64,000 nucleotides of DNA from Phoronis australis. Its lineage: Eukaryota > Animalia > Phoronida. The DNA lies in assembly GCA_002633005.1 (NCBI GenBank), contig NMRA01000317.1, positions 78,849 through 142,848 on the forward strand, read 5' to 3'. Shown in pieces: positions 1 through 12,721 of the stretch; positions within the stretch are counted from its first letter, which is position 1; each line of letters opens with the position of its first letter. The notes beneath the pieces were generated by a model. That model had not been told where the DNA came from, did not search any database, and saw only the letters and a program-made list of their open reading frames with translations. The position numbers were made by a program, and so were the translations under genes.

Positions 1-627
1 TGTACTAAACACGTCTGAACAAAGGGTTTTTGGTCCTTGTTGAGAAGATAATTGATTATTACCTTGTGTGAATTCTGAATAGCTGAGCCCAGAATGTAAC
101 CATGGATACTCCTACAATCTGTTCATATGGTTGAATTAACTGTAGTGAACCTCTCCACATTGATGACAGTCAATGCTGTAGTAAACCATGTCATGGTGTT
201 CAACTTTCTTCATACTCTCCAAACCAAACTCACTGAGTGAGTTCCTTTGCTTTTCATTGAATTGAAGTTGATTACAAATTACTTGCGCTGGTGGTTGTAC
301 TGCCAAGATGGCTGACACTAGGCCGCCATTATAAACAAAGTTATTAGGCCTGGTTTGGTAAACCAATGAACACTATCAGGTCTTGTCCAGCTGAGAAATT
401 GTTATAATCTGAATAAGAAACAAGATGTGACCAATTTTGTAACAAAGAGTGACCTAAATAAACTGTTAGTTTTGACAGAAGGTGCATGTTTATTGTCACT
501 TTTAAAAACTTCACTCGGAGTTTAAGCAACATTCCGTGTCCAGGCTCATGTATATAGGGGTATCCTTGGTTATTTTACTAACTATGTCCAAAAAAGGCAT
601 TTCACAATCCTACCATGTGTTTTCTAG

Positions 628-877
628 GAATACAACTCTAATGGTGAAATGATCAAATCTAAGCCACGTCGTATGATCATACTCAGTGATCTGTTGATCT
701 GCGCTACGGTGATGCACCGCGAATCTAGTGTAGATGCACCAGAAAGAACAACTGAGAAATATAGCATCAAGTGGCGTGTGCCCATACAGGAAGTGGAATA
801 CGTCGAGACAGCGGTCACATCACACATGCAAGTGAATATCTTTGGGGGAGCGGGTAGGACGACGCTGGTACATAAAG
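628..877 (+). CDS. ARHGEF10L: ARHGEF10/10L-like Rho-GEF, internal exon A (PH-like region: EYNSNGEMIKSKPRRMIILSDLLICATV...KYSIKWRVPIQEVEYV...LVHK)
   Basis: Acceptor tttctag (AG 626-627), donor G|gtaagg at 878. 250 nt, phase 0 to 1, splices in frame to 1505. 'RRMIILSDLLICAT...KWRVPI' resembles the post-DH PH segment of the ARHGEF10/17 family. Confidence 0.85.
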
Positions 878-1504
878 GTAAGGAGGTGGGAAGTGGGGTG
901 GGGTATACAATGGAATGATTTGGAGCACTGTATTCCAAATTATGATGCCTTTCAGTGAATATTTGTTGAACACATAACAATGCTCAAAGATGAAAGTTTG
1001 TGAAAAACCTGCGTTTTTATGGGCAACTCACTGGGGTGTGCCGCATGCTGGCTCTGTGTTCCTAGTATGTGCCATTGCCTTGCATCTGAATGGGTCACGT
1101 ATTCTTGTAACCCTGTGTTGTTTTATCTATGCCTGCATGTTGATGAGACAAGAACAGTCACAAATCAAAGTACAGATGTCATGTTATTCATTAGTCATGT
1201 CTTTTGACCGTCTGTTTTATTTTTGCACTGCAATCGATTGTCAAAGATACAGATAGCTCGAGTGAATATCGTTGAAATTTTTGAATCGTGAACATTGTTG
1301 TGTGTTCAACGAATTTTGTCTACAGGAGGGGCTACGGCCAAATTATTCTTATTCCGAGGGGAACATCCAGAATGCTTTACTGCTGTTATTTGCCAGAAGC
1401 ATTGAAACTGAATTGCAGGAATCTCCTTTAGGTTAATTGTGTTCATTGCTTCAGTTACACCGTCTCTTGTTATTGCTAATTGTGTGTTCTGCGTGTTTCC
1501 TCAG

Positions 1505-1620
1505 AGGTCCACCAGGAGGAGCCAGTTCACCTGCATTCAGAAGTTAGCAACATGCTACATGATCGAGCAGTTCTGGCTCAGATTTCTGCGTTATCGAGTT
1601 CTCTCAAACTGGCTCACAAG
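1505..1620 (+). CDS. ARHGEF10L: ARHGEF10/10L-like exon B (EVHQEEPVHLHSEVSNMLHDRAVLAQISALSSSLKLAHK)
   Basis: tttcctcag acceptor, AAG|gtacg donor. 116 nt, phase 1 to 0, in frame with both neighbours. Confidence 0.85.
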
Positions 1621-2645
1621 GTACGATCAACTCGATGTCAAATTGCTATGCAAGCACAAAGTTACGCCTCAGTCATGTCCTTGTTATAGATTAATGGCAC
1701 GTACCCCACCCTGTATTCATATTGCAGCTCGTTTTTACCTCTCAGACTCACAAAGTTGGCCCAGTGTGTTATATTTAGATCATGAGTAATTATTTGCCTC
1801 TGAGGTACCACAAAAACAAACCTGGGTAAATTTTCAGACATGGTGCCGGTGAATGGGAAGTGCATCGGAGGTGGGTTAAGTGGTTCGGTTTTGCCTAGTT
1901 GCAATTATTATTCCTTAAACCGTCATCATGACCAGAAATGAGCGTATTATTTGTTAACAAGAATAAAGATTTGCTTTGACTCTTGCTGTTCATATTAATT
2001 TTGGGAACATATCAGGAACCCTGAGAAATGATAAATGTGACTCTGAAAGCAGGCCTAAATCCATAAGCCCAGGGACCTGCCGTGGAGTCACAATTAACGT
2101 AACTTTTTCCTACTGCTAGTTTTTCCAGAATCAGAAATTGCTTCTCGTCTTCATAAGGAACTAATTAAGACTATTTTTGTATTCAGTAAGTGGTTTAAAT
2201 CAAAAATTAGTTTTTGACAGGAAGCTGCTTCAGCTGCGTATCAGTTTCAATAAAAAAATGAAATATATGTGGGCACAATCAGCCATTAAGTCCTACATTG
2301 TCAGTTCACGACCATCAAGTTGATTAATATCAGTAATGATGGCTTAGTGTCGGCAACACTATGGGGAAGTCTGACTTGTGTGCCTAATGTAACAATAGGA
2401 CACTTGTCTAAATTATCTTAACACCCCCAGAGAATGTTGTTGGATTCGCAGTAGGGGAGGGTGTAATGGATTTTTCTAATTGAATTTGAAATAAAAATAT
2501 TCAAATGTTTTAGAAGTTAGTCAATGTCATAAAACAACAACTGCATTACGACTTTTTATCATTGTTGAGCTCCCTTAAATACGTTTTTTGAAGATATGTT
2601 ATTCTTAGAATTACTTTCAAATGGTCAAAATTATTGGTTTTCCAG

Positions 2646-2764
2646 AATTTCTCGGCTGATTTAATAGATGGATTATTGAAGGATTTACAGAAGACCATCT
2701 ATACCAAGACTGAACAGTTGAAGGTGTTAGAGGGCAGCACTATACAGTTGATCATTCCTGCCAA
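2646..2764 (+). CDS. ARHGEF10L: ARHGEF10/10L-like exon C (NFSADLIDGLLKDLQKTIYTKTEQLKVLEGSTIQLIIPA)
   Basis: ttttccag acceptor, AA|gtgagt donor. 119 nt, phase 0 to 2, open frame. Not listed in the supplied ORF track. Confidence 0.85.
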
Positions 2765-3150
2765 GTGAGTGAACAAAGCAGTCATTTACAACATACAGTC
2801 ATTTGGTCATTACTGCTAAGTGAGTGATCAAAGAATGCAATCTTTACACTATACAATTGATCATTCCTGCCAAGTGAGCGATCAAAAATAGCAGCCATTT
2901 ATGATCAGTTGATGGTTTGTGCCAAGTGAATGAACAGACAGCAGCCAATCGAACTAATTCTGGTCATCAATACTGGAAAGTTAATGAACAAACTTGGTAC
3001 AGATCATATTCATCATTCCTGTCTGGTGAACAAACAAAGATGGCAATCATTCGCTGTCTATAAAATTGTTCATTCCTGCCCAGAAAATGATCAAACATAG
3101 CAGTCATTTACATTGCACAGATGTTCATTATTGTCAAATATGTGAATTAA
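2741..3150 (+). repeat. Degenerate ~54-bp tandem repeat (about 7 copies) containing the 3' end of exon C and its donor site
   Basis: Unit approx. tatacagttgatcattcctgccaagtgagtgaacaaagcagtcatttaca. Donor-like GT at 2765, 2820, 2874 and 2926. Confidence 0.75.
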
Positions 3151-4138
3151 TGTCACTTACTTTTTGTCTTTCTGTCAAGTAGCCTGTGTGTGTGTTTAAA
3201 GGGGAGCGTTACTTTTTTCAGTCAAGTAGTTTTTGTTCAATTTGGCATATGCTACCTTCTCTAAATTGTGTTTTGAATCTTTGTGTTGATTTTATTGCGC
3301 GCTTGTAGGGAATGCAGCTTAGCTAAACAGGTTGAAATTTTAGACAAAAGTCAGAACTTGTTCACTGTGTTGTCACTTCAGGTTTGAGAATCTACTATTT
3401 TTATTAACTTCATTTTGTATAGAAAACATCTGAAAATATTCAAAACACCTGGAATAGGAATTGAAATATGCCAAATTGATCTAAAAGGCCTTCAAAAAGG
3501 TGATGCTCCACATTAATACCTGTTTTGAAAAGTGTGGTTTGCTTTGTATATGTTTTAAATTGTAGTAAAATTGTAAAAAGGTTACGGAACATTGTAAACA
3601 CCTAAACTAATTTCGTAAAATAAAGCTGAGAGGAATGACATGAGTGCATTTTCAGCAGTACGTGAAGAGTTTGGTAGAAAGAAGAATCATACAATGTCCT
3701 GAGTTATTTAGCTTTTTGTCATCAGCTCTTCGTTTGTAACTGTTACCTAATGAACCTGGAATGAAGAACAGTTTTTGACTGCTAGAGGCGTGGCATTGTA
3801 CTCTTGAGCCTAGTATTGCTTGCTTATGTCGCGTGTTATAGTACGGCATTGCTTCATATTTCACGTAGAGGTGTTAAGTGTTTTTGGGAATCACGTAGTT
3901 GCAAGCAATAGGTCACCGCACTCTCTACTCTCCTGTTGGTTCTAGTGAACAGAAAAGAAGCAGATCGCACGATCAGACCGCACATGGACCGCACCACAAG
4001 AAGTATTTAGTCAATAGGTGATCAACTGCTGTTTCTAAAATTTGTGAAGTGTTTGCTTGCTTCTCTGTCTGTACCATCAATTCGTGTCTGTTATTTTTCA
4101 ATGAGGTGGTTGTTTCGTGTTCTTGTCGTCTGCTGCTT

Positions 4139-4160
4139 TGTCTGTCTGTCTGTCTGTCTG
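4139..4160. repeat. (TGTC)n microsatellite
   Basis: tgtctgtctgtctgtctgtctg. Confidence 0.8.
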
Positions 4161-4565
4161 TTGTTTCTGTTTTCATCTTGTCTGTGCAAGTTTGCTGGAA
4201 TATTTTATACACACGCTGTGTCATTTAGTTGGCCCCTTCTAAGATAATGTAGAAGAGTTTACATGAGAAAGATTCATGAATTTCTTAAATGAACTCTCTG
4301 ATGTGTAATATGATAGTGCGAAAATTGGAAATATTAGAAATCAGTCAATGTTATCGCCATCTGTTTATGCCGATTTGGCTTTTATGTGCATCAAACATTT
4401 GTTTGGTTCTTTGGATTAAGGATTGTTTATCTGCTAAGCAAGCTTATTGCTTCAAAGGAGAATATGCCTTTTATGCCTTTATACTTTGCGATTAATTTCT
4501 CTACGTCTTTGATGATTGTCTTTGCTGTTGTTCAGTGTTATTTGTTTGTTAACCCATTATTACTT

Positions 4566-4849
4566 CTGGGTCTGTTTCATGAAAGTGACTTCAGACTGAA
4601 ATTTGGTCTTACGCTTCTATTTCACTATTGCTAAGAAAAGTTTAGCCACGCAATTGTGAGCGCTTCGCTGTCCAGAAATAATTTATACCAGTTATCTACG
4701 ACCGTAACTTGTTATGTGTAACGCTCTCAGAGACTTTGGACTTTAACACGAGTAGGATTTAATTATTTTTTCGAAAATAATTGTGTGGGACGTGAGACCA
4801 AAATAATTTTGATCTTCAGTCTAGTCACTTTTAATGAAAGAGACCCCTG
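4566..4849. mobile_element. MITE, family 'GGGTCTGTTTCATGAAAAGTGAC' (Harbinger-like), copy 1
   Basis: Left ctgggtctgtttcatgaaagtgacttcagactgaa and right ttcagtctagtcacttttaatgaaagagacccctg are inverted repeats. CTG at both flanks may be a CWG target duplication. Related copies at ~14133-14628 and 33136-33570. Confidence 0.7.
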
Positions 4850-5242
4850 GCTGCTCTCTCATAGTGTTATCACTGCAGCTTCAGTCCATGAAGTGTGTCA
4901 ACCTATGGTTTCTTGTGTTTCCCAGACTCTCGCATGCCACTGCTGCTTATAGCATGTCAAATTAAAGCATCTACACCAATGTAAGTGGACACTTATATGT
5001 TTCCCATTTCGCTTGCCTGGTACGGTGAATTGCATGGAGTCGTGGAGGAGATTTCAATTCCCTCATTTAATTACTCTAGGCATGTGTAAGAGAAACCATA
5101 AAAATGTCCTTGGAACAATTTGTCATTTCTTCATAAAATGAACTTTGCGTGTTGTGTTCTTAGTTAAGTACTCATCGGCCTAGTTTTACTTGAGGGAATA
5201 AAAACATTAATGATTATAATAACAAGTTTGAGCTTGGAATAT

Positions 5243-5482
5243 GGTAAAATCTCAGTAATTTTGAACTCAATTTGGTGGACAAGTAAAATTAAAGATTTTT
5301 GATTTTTTCTATGAAAGATAGCAATAAATTTGTGCTTTCACATGTTCAAGGCCTGTACCATAGCAACCACCAGACAATAGTTTGAAAAATTGTGTTTGGA
5401 CATTTACAACATTGTTTGAAGCCTTTGAAAAACAAAAAAGTAATTGGTAATTGTTTTTGTCCAGAAGCTGTGAAATTTTACC
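5243..5482. mobile_element. ~240-bp MITE with (C)GGTAAAATCTCACCAATTT-type TIRs (Tc1/mariner-pogo-like), representative copy
   Basis: ggtaaaatctcag...gtgaaattttacc. Shared internal 'ctgtaccatag...caatgttagaagcccttgaaaa' also at ~9928-10170, 24367-24600, 28240-28478, 30001-30190 and 62270-62520. Confidence 0.65.
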
Positions 5483-5566
5483 ATACTACCCAGTTTGAAT
5501 TCTCCAAATCTTTTTGTATCAGCGACATGCTTTTAGTAACTTCAGTCGTACGTTCTTTTCTTCCAG

Positions 5567-5661
5567 ATCAACTAGTACAGTACGCTATTTCTTCCGTACA
5601 CCCTCTCCTGGCTTGAAGCGTGATTGGGTGCTGGACTTCCAGGCTAGCAAACTTGCTCTTG
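5567..5661 (+). CDS. ARHGEF10L: ARHGEF10/10L-like exon D (KSTSTVRYFFRTPSPGLKRDWVLDFQASKLAL; PH C-terminal helix with Trp)
   Basis: ttcttttcttccag acceptor, G|gtaagc donor. 95 nt, phase 2 to 1. Confidence 0.87.
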
Positions 5662-6013
5662 GTAAGCACACGGAGTGGTATTCAGCACCAGGTTGATCTC
5701 AGGGATGGGTGTTTTTAAAAAATGTCTACCTCTCTCCATCGATCAATTGTTTGTTGTATAACATCAGCGGCATTCTTCAACAATAGCCTACTCAGGATCT
5801 CCAAACTAAAGATCCCCCATCAGCGAAGGAACTTTTTCAGAAATACCTAGTGTATTCTACATAAAACTTTGGTGTTGTTTCAGCATGAAAGGGCTTTCTT
5901 TTGTCATCAATTTTTTCTGTGGGCAACGGATTAACAGTTATCCCCGCATGCTGTGTGACTTTTTTGCCTTTAGTAATCTCCTAAAAATGTGTTTTTTATT
6001 TTTTAAATTTTAG

Positions 6014-6135
6014 ACTTGAAAAACCGCCCTGCCTGGGTTTTCCCTGAGAGTACAATCACAACTGTCAACGCATTGTCCGAGGTGCCTCTGTTTTTCAAAC
6101 CCCTGCCAACAGATGTCACTAGGCTTTACACAAAA
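6014..6135 (+). CDS. ARHGEF10L: ARHGEF10/10L-like exon E (DLKNRPAWVFPESTITTVNALSEVPLFFKPLPTDVTRLYTK)
   Basis: T-rich ttttag acceptor, AAA|gtgagt donor. 122 nt, phase 1 to 0. Confidence 0.85.
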
Positions 6136-6513
6136 GTGAGTACCACTATTGCTAAGAATGGCAAGCTTGGTAACATCTATTAGTCTTGCTTTGGTTCTGT
6201 GTTCCTATTTTCTAGTCCCTTCTCAAGACTGTAGGTTGGTTGATGGTTTCATGATAGATATTTAGAAAGTGATGCCAACACAGATTGTCGGTCTTTGTGG
6301 TGGGCGTAATTACATGGCCAATAATTAGGTAGTCACCAGGCATTCAACTTGTTTTCAAGTGCATTTCCTAGGTCACATTTTGCTTGTTCATTAAACTCCA
6401 CTCATTCAATTAATGACATCAATGTGAAAGTGAATTATTGGCGAGCGCAGCTGTACTCAGAACATCGATTCCTAAATTGCTCTTGACTGTGCTTGTATGA
6501 TATATTTTTCCAG

Positions 6514-6658
6514 ATCAGCTGTGGCTTACCGTTATACATCGTGAAGTCTGACTTGGAACTGCAACACTTGTGGATATGCAGTAGTTTACCTGACAGGGGT
6601 CAAGTCACTGTGCTGTCAATGTGCTCCAACAAACCACACATACTGCAATCATTTCAAG
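6514..6658 (+). CDS. ARHGEF10L: ARHGEF10/10L-like exon F (ISCGLPLYIVKSDLELQHLWICSSLPDRGQVTVLSMCSNKPHILQSFQ)
   Basis: tttttccag acceptor, G|gtgagt donor. 145 nt, phase 0 to 1. 'LWICS...GQVTVLS' is typical of the first propeller blade of ARHGEF10/17 and JIP3-like domains. Confidence 0.88.
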
Positions 6659-6660
6659 GT

Positions 6661-6780
6661 GAGTGGGTGGAGTCATGATGGGGGTGGAGTCATGGTGTGG
6701 GTGGAGTCATAGTGGGGGTGGAGTCATCGTGGGGGTGGAGTCAAAATTTTTGTGGAGTGAAGGTGTGGGTGGAATCAAAA
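6661..6780 (+). repeat. 17-bp G-rich tandem repeat (gggtggagtcatNgtgg) starting at the exon F donor
   Basis: About 5-6 visible copies of ggtggagtca at 17-bp spacing. Confidence 0.75.
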
Positions 6781-7082
6781 TTTGAGCCGTTGGTGAAGTA
6801 GCAATTTTTAAATGTATTTTTGTTGTGAGTAAAGTCTTGGTGTGAGTTTGTCACAATGCAGGTGTAATCACAATTTGACTGAAGGCTGTCAATGTGCTCC
6901 AACAAACCACACATACTGCAATCCTTTCAAGGTGAGTGGGTGGAGTCACGAGGTGGGTGGAGTAAGAGTGCGGGTGGAGTTGCAGTTTGAATTGTGTGGG
7001 TTGTGTCGTGGTGTGGGTTATGTCGTGCGAGTTGAATGTGTTTGGATTGAGTGTTGTGTTATGAGATTCGGAGGGGTCACAG

Positions 7083-7515
7083 TTTATGCACCCTTATATA
7101 CATATGTGGGCACGTTATGCCTTCATCGCTTTTTATTCAGCGTCTACTGCTTTATCTCTAAAACCCCCGTATGGTTGTTTGTGAAATTTCGCAGTCCTGT
7201 TCTTATCTTGAAGGAGATGAGCAAATTTTGGAATGGATTTGACCTCTGTCATGCCCCCTAGTGGCAATTCATTTTTTACGTTAGCCTGTATATCTACTGC
7301 AGAGTTCCTTCTAGTTGACAGATGTTCGTGAATTTTGGCAAAGAGGATCAATGAAACGACAACAATTGCCTTGTTTCAGATGTATTTGACTTATGCTGCA
7401 CCCCTTTTGTCGGTTTTATTTCGTGCATTAATACGATGTTTATAAACGCCCCTGGAAGCATGCTTTTTGCGGTTTAGTAGTGGGCGCATTTCAACGCTTA
7501 GTGTCAGTCTCCTGT
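7083..7515 (+). mobile_element. HINE-like (Helentron-associated) element, short diverged copy
   Basis: 5' ttatgcacccttatatacatatgtgggcacg hairpin, internal gccccctagtggc unit, and 3' gtgggcgcatttcaacgc end shared with the copies at 10865 and 17471. Confidence 0.65.
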
Positions 7516-8565
7516 ACTTTATCAAACTGGGGTAAATGACCTTTATACTTACGGTGAATCATTTTTATAATGCATTCCATTTTGATGTCTGATAACTGAA
7601 TCTGACAACTACATCATGAGACTAATGGAAGACAGGCTATCACTTTATTGATCAGGCTGTGTTTTGACTAATTTCTGATTTGTTTTTCTGTTTTTGTCAT
7701 TAGGGGCGTATATTAGTGCTATTTCCATTTAGACCAGAATTCTACGGTGGGTTTAAGACAGATGTTAGCCATGGCGTATCAACGACAGCTCAATTTGGTG
7801 AAAAAATAGCCACATTGTAGTTTTAATTATTTTCTTACCATTGGCTTAAAAGTCTGCGTGCTCGAGCGCATGTTCTTCTATTTTTAACCTGATCAATGTC
7901 CTGTTATATCACCTTGTCATAGCATCTGCATGCATTTTTCCTTTTTTCTGTTCTTCTAAAGATTTTCTGTATGCTTCATTTTTTCTGAAAACATAAAAGA
8001 ACAAATTTCAACAAAAACTTTTTTAGTTAAAATATGTTACCAAATGGTGTTCCTTAAACATAATATCGATTTCTTCAAAAGTAAATGTTATCTGTTTTAG
8101 AAATTTTAAGTTTAATCCTGAAATTTGTGGTGTTACACCCCAGAGTGTCATGGGAAGTTGAATGATTTTGAATTTCGATGAATAAACTTGGAGAAATTGA
8201 TAATAAATAATGCAAGTACATGCAGGGTTATCATTTGATAGGAAATTTCTCTATTTTTGTCGTCAATGAATTTTTCTGTGGTGAAAATGAAGGAATATGC
8301 ATACATTTTTGCCACCTGTTAGTTTTATTTAATTATTTATTAATGTAATATTTACAATGAGGGTATCCCCCAGGTCACACTGCTTTCCATGGGGGCCCTC
8401 AGTTTGTGGCATTGTTTATATGAAGTTATATAGTTATGAACATAAACATTGGTGTGTTTGTCAGAATATTTTACAATTTGGTTGTTGTGTAAAATGTATC
8501 TTTTGTTTTATTGTTCTTTCAATAGCCTTCTTGTGTTTGATCGACCTTATTGGTTCTTTTCGTAG

Positions 8566-8674
8566 CATGTGATGAAGCCATTACATGTGCAGAATTAGTT
8601 CCCGGTCATGCTGTTGCCATGACGGTGGATGGCTTTGATGATGACACAGTATGGATGGGGACTGTGGCCAAGAG
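8566..8674 (+). CDS. ARHGEF10L: ARHGEF10/10L-like exon G (ACDEAITCAELVPGHAVAMTVDGFDDDTVWMGTVAK)
   Basis: ttcttttcgtag acceptor, AG|gtaagt donor. 109 nt, phase 1 to 2. 'ITC...VP...TVWMGT' propeller motif. Confidence 0.88.
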
Positions 8675-10864
8675 GTAAGTCACTGACCAGTGGAGCCATC
8701 TAGTGGTGGTTTCACATGAAGGCTGTGTGATGTACTTCAGTTATCTTACATTGGGTATATCAGATATAATGTGCACACGTTTGAGAACCAGACTGATGCC
8801 GGTTATTCAGTGGAGAAAACTGGTTCTTACAATGCAGACACGTAACATTCTACCATTACCTTGCATTGTACATTTTAGTAATCAACAAAAATATGTATTT
8901 TAAGTCTTCTCGTAATTGGAAAGTGTGCAAACTAAACAAAAAATACGCGGACAGCCATCGACAGGAAATAAATTATGCGTGGTTTCAGAATACGACTATT
9001 TTACTTTACAAACTGGCCATTATACATTCTTAGTGACTACAGGCGCTATAAACTGGACGTGCTATTATCAGCGATTTGAATAGGTTAATCCAGTAAAAAA
9101 CAAAAAAGTGAGAACAAATGTCTTGATTCAGTAGGCAACTCTGATCTTTTCTTGACTGCATCGTCTTTTTGGTGTGAATCTCATGCAGTTTGCTGAACAA
9201 AGACTTGCAGATTGCCCAAGAATTTTGACCGCCCCAGGTGAGTTGTACAACCTCACTTTTAGGGAGGTAGAAATGTTGCTTTTTTGATACATGCAAAATT
9301 TCATTATGTAGCGTGTTAAACATGACTCAGAAGTGGAGAAAATCGAAGCAAATCGTTTGTGAGTAATTTAATGTTTCTGATATTTTTGATTTTTCAAATG
9401 TTACCATGACCACCGACACACCATATAGAAATTTTGAAGGTTCATATCTTAGGCTTACACAGGTAAACTCTACCGTATATTGCATTTTTCTTTGATGAAT
9501 TACTTTTGGCCGCGGATGCAGTTCCACTTACTGTTTGTTATTCATTCTCCTTGAATAAAATCCCAAGGTCATTTCTATTAGATTTCAAATTGTGTGATTT
9601 TTTTAAAAATATGAATATAGGTCAGAGAAATAAACTCAAGTGTACTGTCACCACTATGAAATTATGAAGACCTCTGAAGTTTTATCACGCGCTACGTTTG
9701 GTCAAGTTTCATTGAAAATGTGTGCATGTAATGCTCCTTGTTCTACTGTACGGAATAAAAAGATGGCCGACAGTGAATTCTGTAGAATAACTAACTTATC
9801 TGTTCGTGTGCAGATGCACTATGATCTTTTTTGTACCTTAATATATAAATGAAGAATTGACGGCTAAAATGATACAAAAATTTGAAAGTGGTCAAAAATT
9901 CTAAATTCAATTATTGTATAATTATGCAGTAAAATTTCACCAATTTAGGACACAATATGGACGAGAATGAAATTATTTTTTCTCATTTTTTTCATAAAAG
10001 ATGCGTAGCTTCAAATTACTGCTTTACCATGTTCAAGTGCTGTACCATAGCTATAACTAGGAAACATTTTGATTAATTTTGGATATTCACAACAATGTTA
10101 GAAGGCGTTGAAAAGTGAGAATAAGGTCAATTTTGCCAATTATTTTTGTCCCAAAATGGAGAGATTTTGCTTTACCTTCCTTACAGTTTTCATCCTGAGA
10201 ACAAAAACCTAATATGAACTTATTTCTTAATCATGAATTTTTATCAAAATGAGTTACCAGGTAACCCATATCTTCTAGAATATTTTTATTGGCTTGTCAT
10301 GCCGCACCTTGTGACATTTAAGGTAACCGATATAACTGGGCTGTCGTTATTTCCCGCCAGTTGACCGAATTCAGATAATGACACCTGTAAGGATTTTATT
10401 ATTTTATAATTATTCTTACTGAGAACGACAGTTATGAGGTTATTTCCAGCCAGCCAGGCACCTGATAGTTCTGCATGACTAGTCAATAAACTGTGTTAAT
10501 TGTTATCATGGCTTCTCCCCAATGGAGGAACACATCACTAGGGAAAAATAAGTTAAACTATCATATCAATAAATCATCTCAAATATAATATACAGATCCG
10601 TGTAAGCGTTTAGAATTAATGAGCCTGGTGCTACAATTTTGTGTGCTGATCTTGACATGGTCATGTTACAGTACACGCCAAAAGTATTAAGACAAAAAGG
10701 CACAGAATTCCCCATCCTGATGATTGGGCTGAAGTATAATTCATCGTCTTAGAAGTCTAACTTCCCTCACGACAGACAATGAAGGGATGTTAACAGGGAA
10801 TGTTAAGGAGGTGGCTAAGTCATTCCGTAATTTGAATTCTCCCATCATAATAGTCATTCCCAGC

Positions 10865-12547
10865 TTTTTATGCGCCCACATATTTATATGTGGACGCATT
10901 ATGCGGTCATCTCCATCAGTCCGTCTGGCGTCCGTCCAACCGGCGTCCACTGCTCTCTCTCCAAAACACCTTGACGTATGTTCATGAAATTTTGCATGTG
11001 TTCCTCCTGTGGTTGGGACAGCATGACCGAATTTTCGGACCGATCCGACTACCGGTGTGCCCCCTAGTGGCAATTTTAGTTTTTACATTTACCTCTGTAT
11101 CTTCAAATGTCCTGAACGGATTTTCATAATATTTAGTATATAGGCACCTATTAGTGAGATGACACTATCCTCCCGTTTTCAGATGGATTTGACGTAGTTT
11201 GTGCCACCTAGTGGCCATTTTTACTGTTTTTGCGTCCACCCCTCTATCAACCAAACCGCTCAAAGGATGATTGTGAAAATTGGCATGTATGTTCTTACTA
11301 TGAAGTGGACAGCTGACAATGATTTTCCGATGACTTCGACTACTGTGGCATCTCCTAGTGGCAGTTTTTTTTTTCGCCTATGGCTGTAACCCCTAAACTT
11401 TTCGCAGGATCATTACTAAATTTAGTAAATATATTTATATGATGTTAACAACGAAGGACGACGACTTTCAGACGGATCTGACTACTGGTGTGCCACCTAG
11501 TATGTTCAAAGGTCCTCAAGGCAAACAGGCATCTGGTAATGAGATGACGCTATCTCTCCGTTTTCAGATGGATTCGACCTAGTTTGCACCACCTAGTGGC
11601 CATTTTTACTGTTTTTGAGTCTGCTTTTTGGCGTCCACTCGTTTATCAACCAAACCGCTTTCAGGATAATTGTGAAAATTTACATGTATGTTTTTATTAT
11701 GAAGTGGACAGCTAACGACGATTTTCCGATGAGTTCGACTACTTTGGCGCCTCTTAGTGGCAGTTTTGTTTTTTGTGCTCATGGCTGTATCTATTGAACC
11801 ATTTGCAGGATCTTTACTTAATTTAGCAAGTATATTTAACTGATGTTGACAATGGATGACGACGACTTTCGGACGTATTTGACAAGTGGTGTGCCCCTAG
11901 TGGCAATTTTAGTTTTTACGTTTACCAGTCTGTATCTTCAAAGGTCCTCAACAGATTTTCATAAAAATTTTAATATAGGCATCTATTGGTGAGACGAGGC
12001 TATCATCCTGTTTTGGGATGGAATCGGGGTATTTTCACCACCTGGTGGCCATTTTTTGCTGTTTTCAAATCTTGTTTTTGGCGTTCACCCCTCGATCAAC
12101 CAAATCATTCTAGGGATGGTTTTGAAAATTGGCGTATATGTTTTCAGTGTGAAGAGGACGTTTGATGATGGCGACTGTCTACTGTGGCGCCTCCTAGTAG
12201 TAGTTTGGTTTTGTTTTGCGCCCATGGCTGTATCTCCAAAACCCACTGCAGGATCTTTATTAAATTTAGTAAGTGAATTTAACTGAAGATAACAGACGAC
12301 GACTTTCAGGCAGATGGAATGGACACTGTGCCCCACAAGTGGCAATTTCATTTTGTTCTATTTTCCTTTGTTTCTCTGTAGGTCCTTGACAGATTTTTCT
12401 GAAATATGGCATGTTCCCATTTTTGGATGGAGTGTACGTTTTTGCGCCATCTAGTGGCTATTTTTATGATACAAATAAATAACCCCAAAAGCACACCATT
12501 TGCGATGCATTCGTGGGCGCATTTCAACGCTCCGCGTTGCTCTTGTT
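10865..12547 (+). mobile_element. HINE/DINE-1-like non-autonomous Helentron element with internal ~145-bp tandem array
   Basis: Starts in a T-run. 5' palindrome atgcgcccacatat-tt-atatgtggacgcat, ccgt-like microsatellite, about 11 internal units, 3' subterminal IR gtgggcgcat, then hairpin caacgc-tcc-gcgttg and T-rich end. No TSD or ORF. Confidence 0.78.
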
Positions 12548-12669
12548 GTTGTTAGTAGAATTGGTCGTCATGACGTGGAAATGATAGCTAGTCTGATTAC
12601 TTTCGTCTTTGTGTTGTATGTGCTGACATCTTTGTGTTGCACACTGTGGGTGCATATCAACACTGTCTT

Positions 12670-12721
12670 GTCGTTTCTCTAGCTCGTGTCGTTTCTCTAG
12701 CTCGTGTCGTTTCTCTAGCTC
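12670..12721. repeat. 18-bp tandem repeat x3 (gtcgtttctctagctcgt)
   Basis: Three near-perfect copies visible. Confidence 0.85.

Noticed and set aside
136-532. Minus-strand ORFs 136-366 and 344-532
   Set aside because: No recognisable domain or splice support, and antisense within a Rho-GEF intron.
11050-12460. Conserved core with variable ~130-bp spacers, CRISPR-like
   Set aside because: The spacers are homologous to one another and enclosed by HINE termini. This is the internal tandem array of a mobile element.
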